This document shows, in pieces, positions 9,429 through 17,360 of a DNA stretch of 32,000 nt (positions within the stretch are counted from its first letter, which is position 1; the number at the start of each line of letters is the position of its first letter). Under the pieces are notes generated by a model. The model saw nothing but the letters and a program-made list of their open reading frames with translations, did no database searches and was not told the origin of the DNA. Source of the stretch: Deltaproteobacteria bacterium (GTDB taxonomy: Bacteria; Desulfobacterota; Desulfomonilia; Desulfomonilales; Desulfomonilaceae); assembly GCA_036821825.1 (NCBI GenBank), contig DAISIV010000040.1, positions 39-32,038 of the forward strand. The letters run 5' to 3'. A program made the translations under genes and the position numbers.

Positions 9429-9751
9429 TCCTGTTCTCCTTCTACTTTTAACCTCCTGGATCAGGTTGAGTCAAATCATGAATCATGCTCAGAATTCTAT
9501 GCCCCCCCGTAAGACATTAAAAAACCGCTTGTTTCTACAACGTGTGCTGTCAATCGCTGGATTCATGAAACTGGATCATCTTTATACAATGAATTCAGCC
9601 CCACTTATACGGTCAGGTCAGGCGTATTTTCCGCATCATGAACTAAGACAAGGCCTAATGGAAAAACATTCAGGCTGGCTTCTATCAAATCTGGAGTTCC
9701 AACCATCGGCTAAAGTGTCTATTTACTGAACTCTAGGGAGACTAGGACGAC

Positions 9752-9786
9752 GGAATTTTTCCGAGGATTTACAAAAATTCCTTTTT
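9752..9786 (+). terminator. Terminator-like hairpin in the intergenic region (9 bp AT-rich stem plus T5)
   Basis: GGAATTTTT (9752-9760) pairs perfectly with AAAAATTCC (9773-9781). The loop is 12 nt and TTTTT follows at 9782-9786. The stem is AT-rich, so stability is modest. No annotated upstream plus-strand gene explains it. Confidence 0.35.
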
Positions 9787-9943
9787 GGGTCAGGCAATCG
9801 GATTGCTTTATAATTCACGATGCTGTAATGTTAATGAATCTAGGTGAATACACCTTTCTTCGTTTCGGTCTTACCTGATAACAGAATTTTCTTTGTGATT
9901 CTATAAGTTGGTCAAACCCATCAAATCTGAGGAGCTTGAAACA

Positions 9944-12532
9944 ATGGATTTTATCGAACGGCTCAAGGAAATCGTAGGCCCCAGGAACATCACTGTTTCA
10001 CCGGTAGATTGTCTGGCTTATTCGAGAGACATGTCGATCCATTCTGGAACACCGCAAGCGGTTCTGTTTGTTAGTAACACCGAACAGGTCAGCCAGATAG
10101 TCAAGTTGGCCAATGAAAACAAGATTCCCGTAACAGCTAGAGGGACCGGCTCTTCAGTGACCGGGGCAGTTCTGCCAATCAAAGGCGGTTTGATACTGGA
10201 TTTCACCAGGATGAATTCTGTTCTTGAAATAAACAAGGCTGACTCTTATGCGGTTGTGGAGCCTGGTGTAATCTGCAACGCGTTGAACGCCAAGCTCGCT
10301 CCCTCCCATTTCTTTCCACCTGACCCGGGGAGCGCTGCAATAGCCACCATCGGAGGAATGATTTCAACTAATGCCAGTGGAGTAAGAGCCGCAAAATACG
10401 GAACAACCAAAAATTATGTAAAAGGACTGACCGTGGTAATGGCGGATGGTCGAATCATCAAGACCGGAGATATTGCGCCCAAGAGCACTGCAGGTTACGA
10501 CCTTACACAGTTGTTTGCCAGTTCCGAAGGCACACTGGGAATCATCACCGAGGCCACGGTAAGGATTCTCCCCATGCCCGAATATGAGGCCTTTGCAAAA
10601 GCCTCTTTCCCCGATGTCGATACAGCCGGAAAGGCTGTCGAGAAAATGTTCACGTCAGGCCTTGAACTGGCGACATGTGAAATACTGGACAACGCATGCA
10701 TACAGGTGGCCAGGGAAGCTCTGAAAATGGATATCCCGCCCGAAGTCAACTGCCAGTTGTTCATGGGGATAGACGGCCCAAAAGCCGCAGTCCAGGAACA
10801 GATAGAAAAAATCAATGAGATATGCAAATCAGTCGGTGGTATAGAAAACATCTGGTCCGACAATCCGGTCGAGAAGGCCCAGTTGTTTGCGGCACGCGGT
10901 GGACTTGTACCAGCCATGAGCCGCCTCCAACCACATCACAGGCTTGTCCCGCTTGTTGAAGATTTTGGCGTTCCAATAAGCCGAATACCTGAAACAATAG
11001 CTGAGATTCAGAAAATCGGTGACAAATATGGCTTCCCGGTGGCCACATTCGGGCATATCGGGGACGGAAACCTGCACGCCACCTTTATCATGAACCCAAC
11101 CCTGCCGGAACACTGGGAAAAAGTTAAGAATATCGCGCTCGAATTCATCGACATGACATTGCGTCTTGGAGGGACTGTTTCCGCCGAACATGGTGTTGGA
11201 ATGGCTAAAGCTCCTTACATCGGGAGACAACTCGGGGAATCTCTCAATGTCATGACGCAGATAAAGAAGGCCTTGGATCCAAACAATATTTTAAACCCGG
11301 GAAAAATGGGTTTCGAAGATTCAATCACTGATATTCTGGATGAAAACAGTTTCATTAACTATCTGAAACATCCTGATAAAATACAACACTTCAGCGAAGA
11401 AGTTGATAATGAGATACTCGCCTGCATTCAGTGTGGCTTCTGTCGGGCCGGGTGTCCTACTTTTGGAGAAACATCTCTGGAATCGCTTAACGCAAAGGGC
11501 AGGGTCACCCTTGCGTTCAATATGCTCTCAGGCAACGTGGAACCGTCCGAAGACCTTGCCAAAAGACTCTATCAGTGCATGTTGTGCCTAAACTGCAAAT
11601 TTGTCTGTCCGGCGAAAGTGAATGTTTCAGACATCATCAGAAGCGCTAGGCAAAGGTTGGTTGAGCATGGTTTCCTTCCGGAATCCTTCAAACCTGCCTT
11701 GACCTCGATGCTTGAGGCAGCCAACCCCTTGCTGGCTCCTCCAGAAAAGAGAGCTGACAGCTTCCCGGCCAATTTCAAAAAAGCCATTCCAGGAGAGACA
11801 GAAGCAATCGTTCATGTGGGTTGCGTGACAGGTTTTCAGGATGTCAAAATAATTCCGTCAATGATCGACATAATGGAGAAAACAGGCATCAAATATGGAG
11901 CGCTAGCAGAGGAAGAAACCTGCTGTGGTTATTTGGCCTACCTGGTAGGCGACATGGACACTTTCAACAAAACCATGAAAACCTATGAAGAGAAACTGGC
12001 CGCATACAAGCCGAAGAGCCTCATAACCTCTTGCGCAGGCTGCCTGAAGACTTTTAGAGACCTCTATCCCCATTACGGAGCTTCTAATGGCTATGTGGTG
12101 TCGCATATCGTAGAACTTCTGGATAAGCTTGCACAGGAAAACAAACTGAAGTTCAAGGAGGACGCCCAACCTGTGAAGGTGATTTATCATGATCCTTGTG
12201 ATATGGGACGTCACATGGGTGTTTACGAACCGCCTCGAAATGTTCTTAAGGCCATCCCCGGGGTTGAACTCCTGGAATTCCCGATGAATCGGAACCTGGC
12301 GAAATGTTGTGGTGGTGGCGGTGGCATGAAGGGTTTCGACAACGAAATGGCTTCCGATATAGGTTTCAAGAGGCTTCTCTCAGCGATTGAGCTGGGGGCT
12401 GAAATCCTCGTATCCGCATGCCCGTCATGCAAAGGGTCTTTCAATCAGGCGGCCGCCCGCGCCCGTAAAGAGAAAAAAGGCAAGATCAAGGTAATGGATA
12501 TCACGGAACTGGTTTCCAGCCGATTGGCCTAG
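9944..12532 (+). CDS. FAD-linked oxidase (GlcD/D-lactate dehydrogenase-like) fused to a 4Fe-4S dicluster plus double CCG (GlcF/HdrD-like) domain
   Basis: N-terminal FAD_binding_4-type region (PVTARGTGSSVTGAVLP, GGMISTNASGVRAAKYG) and a FAD-oxidase C-terminal domain (SAEHGVGMAKAPY). Two ferredoxin motifs follow: CIQCGFCRAGCP and CMLCLNCKFVCP. There are two CCG-type cysteine motifs (EETCCGY, AKCCGGGGG...CPSC). The track starts at TTG 9908. I prefer ATG 9944 (MDFIERLKEIVG) because GAGGAG sits 9 nt upstream. Confidence 0.88.
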   Translation: MDFIERLKEIVGPRNITVSPVDCLAYSRDMSIHSGTPQAVLFVSNTEQVSQIVKLANENKIPVTARGTGSSVTGAVLPIKGGLILDFTRMNSVLEINKADSYAVVEPGVICNALNAKLAPSHFFPPDPGSAAIATIGGMISTNASGVRAAKYGTTKNYVKGLTVVMADGRIIKTGDIAPKSTAGYDLTQLFASSEGTLGIITEATVRILPMPEYEAFAKASFPDVDTAGKAVEKMFTSGLELATCEILDNACIQVAREALKMDIPPEVNCQLFMGIDGPKAAVQEQIEKINEICKSVGGIENIWSDNPVEKAQLFAARGGLVPAMSRLQPHHRLVPLVEDFGVPISRIPETIAEIQKIGDKYGFPVATFGHIGDGNLHATFIMNPTLPEHWEKVKNIALEFIDMTLRLGGTVSAEHGVGMAKAPYIGRQLGESLNVMTQIKKALDPNNILNPGKMGFEDSITDILDENSFINYLKHPDKIQHFSEEVDNEILACIQCGFCRAGCPTFGETSLESLNAKGRVTLAFNMLSGNVEPSEDLAKRLYQCMLCLNCKFVCPAKVNVSDIIRSARQRLVEHGFLPESFKPALTSMLEAANPLLAPPEKRADSFPANFKKAIPGETEAIVHVGCVTGFQDVKIIPSMIDIMEKTGIKYGALAEEETCCGYLAYLVGDMDTFNKTMKTYEEKLAAYKPKSLITSCAGCLKTFRDLYPHYGASNGYVVSHIVELLDKLAQENKLKFKEDAQPVKVIYHDPCDMGRHMGVYEPPRNVLKAIPGVELLEFPMNRNLAKCCGGGGGMKGFDNEMASDIGFKRLLSAIELGAEILVSACPSCKGSFNQAAARARKEKKGKIKVMDITELVSSRLA

Positions 12533-12594
12533 AATAACGCAAGCCTAATGTAGCCCGCACGAGGCTGTGAGTTTTTGAGTCAGAGCCTGAAGCG

Positions 12595-13785
12595 TTACTC
12601 AAACCTCATGGCCTCGGCCGCATCCAGTCTGCTGGCCTTTCTGGCAGGTAGATAGCCTGAGCTTATACCTAGAATAAATCCAAAAATGACCCCTCCTACC
12701 ACACTGATCATAAACATCAAGTATGACGGTGTGGTGGCGAGGACGATCTTGAGAATCTGGACGGACACGGTCCCGACTATTATCCCTAGCAGGGCGCCTA
12801 CCAGACTTAAGGTTACCGCTTCTACGAGGAACTGATTCATGATCATGTCCTCGGTTGCGCCAACAGCCTTCCTGAGGCCTATCTCCTTGGTCCTTTCCCG
12901 CACAGCAGCCAGCATGACGTTTGTTATGCCGAGCCCTCCAAGTATAACGATTACGATGAGCGCCGCGTATAAAAAGAGCTTTACGATCAACACAGCATGC
13001 TTGATTGTCCTGATCCGTTCAGAAAAAACCCTGATCTCCATGGCTTCACTGTAACCGGGCTGATTCCTGACCAGAATTTCATGAACCTTGTGTTGCAAAT
13101 CGTCAATGACATCCCAGTTGATGGCCCGCACATAGATGTCCTTTATTTCGTACATCCCGGGAAAACGAGAACGTGCAACGGATAAGGGAATCAGTATGCT
13201 CTCCATGAACGAGGCGTCTTCAACCCCACCTATGATTCCCACTATCCTAAAATAGTGCCCACCTATAAATATCTGTTTGTTCAAAGGGTCAGGATCATCC
13301 CCCATCAAAAGCCTGATCACGGTTGAGCCGACAACACAAACATTATTTTTCCATGCCACATCGTCGTCCGTTATTCGGCGGCCTTCAGCAACCGGAATAT
13401 GAATAGTGTCAAAAAATTTCTCGTCTACCCCCAGCAGGCGGGCAGGCATTTTTTTCAGGTTGTAGCTGACCTCGTAACCACTAAATACCGCCGGCGAGAC
13501 ATGCCTGACTCCCGGTAGCTTCTGAAGATCCTCTATGTCCTTGTGGAAATATTGGCCGCCGTGCTTCTTGGGACTCTTGCTGTAATCAAAGTAGGCCTTG
13601 ATGATTGTTGCGCTTCCCAACAATTCCAGATTGTTGCCCAAATCAGATTCAACTGCTCCTCCCATGGTAAGGATGATTATGATCCCGGCGATCCCAAGGG
13701 AAATTCCTATCAAAACGCTCTTGTACCTTCTTTTGTTCCGGTATATCTGTCTTAAGGCTATCGTCGCCAAATCTGCAGTTTGCAT
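12595..13785 (-). CDS. ABC transporter permease, MacB/FtsX family (orphan, no adjacent ATPase)
   Basis: 396 aa with the same architecture as 6172-7380 and 7442-8665. Motifs: ERTKEIGLRKAVGATEDMIMNQFLVEA; C-terminal PARKASRLDAAEAMRFE. It lies 176 nt downstream of mutS on the same strand. Confidence 0.88.
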   Translation of the reverse strand: MQTADLATIALRQIYRNKRRYKSVLIGISLGIAGIIIILTMGGAVESDLGNNLELLGSATIIKAYFDYSKSPKKHGGQYFHKDIEDLQKLPGVRHVSPAVFSGYEVSYNLKKMPARLLGVDEKFFDTIHIPVAEGRRITDDDVAWKNNVCVVGSTVIRLLMGDDPDPLNKQIFIGGHYFRIVGIIGGVEDASFMESILIPLSVARSRFPGMYEIKDIYVRAINWDVIDDLQHKVHEILVRNQPGYSEAMEIRVFSERIRTIKHAVLIVKLFLYAALIVIVILGGLGITNVMLAAVRERTKEIGLRKAVGATEDMIMNQFLVEAVTLSLVGALLGIIVGTVSVQILKIVLATTPSYLMFMISVVGGVIFGFILGISSGYLPARKASRLDAAEAMRFE

Positions 13786-13961
13786 TCTTTCTAAACCTAA
13801 TGAGAATGAATCGGTAGCGTCTGTAACAAGGATAAATAGACTATTTCGAGCTTGGCTTCAAGGCTTACGACAGCAGGTCGCGGCTTTGGCTGATTTGTGG
13901 AATGGTAATAAAGCATCACTCCCCCACCATGCTGCACTCAATGAAACAACCACCGCTCCAA

Positions 13962-16613
13962 TCAGTTGCTCTCCTCGGTCGAATATTTTTTCTTCCAAGA
14001 ATTGATCAAATTGAGAGCGTCAAGCGGAGTCATTTCATCGACTTTGAGACTCTGAACTTCACGTATCAGATCATTTGACCCTGAGGAAAACATCTCAAGT
14101 TGAGAGACATTCGTAGCTGATTTCTTTTTGGTTTTTCTGGATCTAGAAATTTTTGGGGAACCTACAGTGTCTATCTCATCCTTTTCAAGATTCTGAAGAA
14201 TCTCGCCAGCTCTCTTGATGACATCCTCAGGGATTCCTGCCAACCTGGCAACCTGAATACCATAGGATCTGTTGGCCCCACCAGGCGCAACCTTTCTCAA
14301 AAAAACTATTTTGTCATTCCACTCTTTAACCTGGAAGTGGTAGTTCCGAACCCGTTCCTTTATCAGGGAAATATCCACCAACTCGTGATAATGCGTTGCA
14401 AACATTGTTCGAGGCCCTTTTCTGTCCGCACGGTCGTGGATGTATTCCGTCACAGCCCATGCAATGGACAAACCATCAAAGGTGCTCGTTCCGCGTCCAA
14501 CCTCGTCAAGAAGAGCCAATGATCGTTGGGTAGAGCTGTTTAGCATTTCAGCCGTTTCACTCATCTCAACCAGGAAAGTGGATTGGCCGAAAGCAAGATA
14601 ATCTGCCGCTCCGATTCTCGTGAAAATTCTGTCAACGATCCCTATCGAGGCATCTGCGGCAGGAACGAAACTACCCATTTGAGCCATCAGCACTATCAGG
14701 GCAGTCTGACGCATGTACGTCGATTTGCCCGCCATGTTGGGGCCTGTGATGATAAGTATCTGATGGGTAGTGTGATCAAGATACGTGTCATTGGGGACAT
14801 AGTTTTCACGGTTTTCGAATGTTTCCACAACCGGATGCCGACCCTCGACGATCTTTATTTCATCACCGTTGTGAATCTTCGCTCTGGAATAATTCCTGGT
14901 CGCAGCAATTTCAGCAAAACATGCCAACACATCGAGAATCGCTATTTTAGTGGCGGTGTCCTGTATCCGTCCTAGTACCTGTATAAGATTGTTTCTCAGG
15001 GTTTCGAAGATTTTCTCTTCAATCTCCAGGATCCTGTCCTGGGCAGTCAAGACCTTCAGTTCGTATTCTTTCAATTCCTCGGTAATGTAACGTTCGGAGT
15101 TTACAAGGGTCTGCTTCCTGCTGTACGTCGACGGAACCTTCCCCTGATTACTTTTCGTGACCTCGATGAAATAGCCGAAAACCCTGTTGTAGCCTACCTT
15201 GAGGTTATTGATTCCGGTGGACTGCCTTTCTCGAGACTCTATTTCGGCTATCCACTGTTTCCCGCTCCTGCCGATCTCACGTAGTTCATCCAACTGCAGA
15301 TTGAAGCCCGGCCTGATTGTTCCACCATCCTTGATACTGGCTGGTGGAGAATCCGACAAGGACTCCCTGATAGCGTGAGTCACATAGGACAAATCGTCTG
15401 CCTGACATAGTTCAGCCAGCATTGGATTTTCCTGGGAGGACAGTAGACTTACAAGGAGAGGAAGTTTTTCGGTGGAATTGGCCAATTGAACCAGATCACG
15501 GGGTAATACATTCTTCAACGCAATCTTTCCAACTATGCGGTCAATATCACAGATTTCCTTCAATAAATCCCTGACTTCCACTCGTAGCTGACTTTGTTCT
15601 ACAAGTTCTCCGACCGCCTGGCTCCGCTTGTCTATCGCTTCTACGTCCATCAACGGATAGGATATCCAATTCCTAAGTAGTCTGGAGCCCATAGATGTTC
15701 GTGTTTTATCAATTATGCCCGTCAATGATCCCGAGGCTGACCCATCCTTCATATTCCTGAAAATTTCGAGGTTTCTCATGGTGCCGTGATCCAGAACCAT
15801 GAATTCGCTAAGGCTGTAATGAAAAGGTGGTTTCACATGAACCGGGGTTTCAAGCCTATTCTGTTTGACATAGTTTAGCAAAGCCCCTACCGACATTGAG
15901 GAACACGAAGCGTCATCAAACCCGAATCCCTGGAGGTTTTGCACACCAAAGAGGTCTTTTACAAGATCCGACGCAGTCTTCGGTTCGAACATCCAATCCT
16001 CTAATTCCCTGAAGTACTGGTCTTCCTTTAGGATAGGGCCGAATTTTGCGTGTTCCCTGAAATCGGCGCTGACAAGAACTTCCCGCGGATTTATCCTTTG
16101 TAGTTCCTGCTCTGCCAGGGAAACAACAGATGTCGATGTCACTCGCAACTCACCCGTCGACAAATCAAACGAGGATATTCCTATTTCCCTGGGTTTGGTC
16201 GCCAAACACACTATAAAATGATTTTCCTGTGGATTCAGAAGCTCGGCGTCGTCCGTAAGCCCTGGCGTTATAACCCTCGTCACTTCCCTCTTTACTATCC
16301 CCTTGGCGTCTCGAGGATTCTCAATCTGGTCGCACACTGCCACTCGCTCACCAGCAGCCAGAAGTTTTGATATGTAATTGGAGGCAGCGTGGTGGGGAAA
16401 TCCACACATCGGAACTTTCTCTTCCCTGTTACGATCCCTAGTTGTTAACGAAATATTTAGTATTTTAGAGGCCTTCTTCGCATCATCAAAAAACATCTCA
16501 TAAAAATCCCCCATCCTGAACAAAAGAATCGCATCAGGATGTCGACTCTTTTGGTCGCTATACTGGAGCATCATGGGAGTAATGTTGTGGGGGGCGCTCA
16601 TCAGGTCTTTCAT
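13962..16613 (-). CDS. mutS: DNA mismatch repair protein MutS
   Basis: 883 aa. N-terminal mismatch-binding region (TPMMLQYSDQKSRHPDAILLFRMGDFYEMFFDDA). Walker A is ITGPNMAGKSTYMRQ and Walker B region LALLDEVGRGTSTFDG. C-terminal HTH-like region. Confidence 0.97.
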   Translation of the reverse strand: MKDLMSAPHNITPMMLQYSDQKSRHPDAILLFRMGDFYEMFFDDAKKASKILNISLTTRDRNREEKVPMCGFPHHAASNYISKLLAAGERVAVCDQIENPRDAKGIVKREVTRVITPGLTDDAELLNPQENHFIVCLATKPREIGISSFDLSTGELRVTSTSVVSLAEQELQRINPREVLVSADFREHAKFGPILKEDQYFRELEDWMFEPKTASDLVKDLFGVQNLQGFGFDDASCSSMSVGALLNYVKQNRLETPVHVKPPFHYSLSEFMVLDHGTMRNLEIFRNMKDGSASGSLTGIIDKTRTSMGSRLLRNWISYPLMDVEAIDKRSQAVGELVEQSQLRVEVRDLLKEICDIDRIVGKIALKNVLPRDLVQLANSTEKLPLLVSLLSSQENPMLAELCQADDLSYVTHAIRESLSDSPPASIKDGGTIRPGFNLQLDELREIGRSGKQWIAEIESRERQSTGINNLKVGYNRVFGYFIEVTKSNQGKVPSTYSRKQTLVNSERYITEELKEYELKVLTAQDRILEIEEKIFETLRNNLIQVLGRIQDTATKIAILDVLACFAEIAATRNYSRAKIHNGDEIKIVEGRHPVVETFENRENYVPNDTYLDHTTHQILIITGPNMAGKSTYMRQTALIVLMAQMGSFVPAADASIGIVDRIFTRIGAADYLAFGQSTFLVEMSETAEMLNSSTQRSLALLDEVGRGTSTFDGLSIAWAVTEYIHDRADRKGPRTMFATHYHELVDISLIKERVRNYHFQVKEWNDKIVFLRKVAPGGANRSYGIQVARLAGIPEDVIKRAGEILQNLEKDEIDTVGSPKISRSRKTKKKSATNVSQLEMFSSGSNDLIREVQSLKVDEMTPLDALNLINSWKKKYSTEESN

Positions 16614-16796
16614 TTTCAGAATTGAATGAGGTTTACTCTATGAAATCTCTCTCGTCCGACACATCTAGTGACCGCTGTTATTTTTGTTGATGCAGACCAA
16701 GGAGTACAAAGACTTTTCTACAACATAAATTTCTGAACTCCAAGTATCTGGAGCGCCTTGACCACTGTGAGTCGAAATTTATGCGAACCTTAATGG

Positions 16797-16829
16797 TTGA
16801 CATTGACGAAATACATTATTACATATAAT
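16797..16829 (+). promoter_or_regulatory. Candidate sigma70-type promoter for arsR-hgcAB
   Basis: Tandem -35-like hexamers TTGACA (16797-16802) and TTGACG (16803-16808). A perfect TATAAT lies at 16824-16829. The spacers are 21 and 15 nt, and neither is the ideal 17, so confidence is moderate. Confidence 0.4.
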
Positions 16830-16835
16830 AATGTA
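16812..16835 (+). promoter_or_regulatory. Perfect 10-4-10 palindrome, candidate ArsR-family operator overlapping the -10 element
   Basis: TACATTATTA-CATA-TAATAATGTA. The arms 16812-16821 and 16826-16835 are exact reverse complements. The palindrome sits 25 nt upstream of the arsR-like ATG and covers TATAAT. ArsR/SmtB repressors typically bind AT-rich dyads of about this size. Confidence 0.5.
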
Positions 16836-16859
16836 ACATTTCAGAAGGACAAACGGTTC

Positions 16860-17222
16860 ATGGATCCACGACTAAACGATGCATGCTGCCCCGATAAGCC
16901 TCATCTAAAAGATCGTCCGCTTATTTCCGACAACATGGCTAAAAAAGTTGAGTCTCTATTCAAACTCCTGTCAAACGCCACTCGACTCAGGATGTTGCAC
17001 GCCCTGACTATTAAAGGTGAGATGGGAGTAAGTGAGCTATCGTCAAAAATTGGCATGAAACCTCAGGCAGTGTCCAATCAGCTACAAAAGATGATGGACA
17101 GAGGCGTACTCACCCAGCGCCGAGACGGACTCAGGGTGATCTATTCCATCCGGGATTCCTGTGTAATAGGGCTTCTGGAACAGGGACTCTGCCTGATTGA
17201 AGACTTGCAAACCGATCAGTGA
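16860..17222 (+). CDS. ArsR/SmtB-family metalloregulator-type transcriptional repressor
   Basis: Winged-HTH signature LFKLLSNATRLRMLHALTIKGEMGVSELSSKIGMKPQAVSNQLQKMMDRGVL. I start it at ATG 16860 (MDPRLND...), which has AAGGA about 10 nt upstream. The track's TTG 16797 would make the promoter and palindrome coding sequence. Confidence 0.85.
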   Translation: MDPRLNDACCPDKPHLKDRPLISDNMAKKVESLFKLLSNATRLRMLHALTIKGEMGVSELSSKIGMKPQAVSNQLQKMMDRGVLTQRRDGLRVIYSIRDSCVIGLLEQGLCLIEDLQTDQ

Positions 17223-17360
17223 CCAGGGGTTTATATTAGGATGAGCATTCAATTTTTGGAGACAAGTGTGCCTAAACGGCCTGTAAATAGCTCGCTAGAG
17301 CTGGATCTAACGGCTTTATCATCACAGGGCACGACTTGATGTTCAGTCAAGGAGACTCAG

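Noticed and set aside
9400-9729. 109 aa plus-strand ORF in the divergent intergenic region.
   Set aside because: Its start overlaps the start and RBS of the HAD-like gene on the other strand. It has no RBS and no recognisable fold or motif. I kept only the downstream hairpin as an observation.
10495-11230. Minus-strand ORFs (140, 78 and 133 aa) inside the FAD-oxidase gene.
   Set aside because: They are antisense shadows of a gene with clear FAD-oxidase and Fe-S motifs.
12533-12594. Possible bidirectional terminator between the convergent oxidase and permease genes (AGCCT...AGGCT followed by GTGAGTTTTT).
   Set aside because: The stem is only 4-5 bp with a 15 nt loop, which is too weak to call.
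16797-16859. TTG-initiated N-terminal extension of the ArsR-like ORF given in the track.
   Set aside because: The extension would translate the TTGACA/TATAAT promoter-like elements and the 24 bp palindrome. ATG 16860 has an AAGGA RBS and gives a normal-length ArsR protein.
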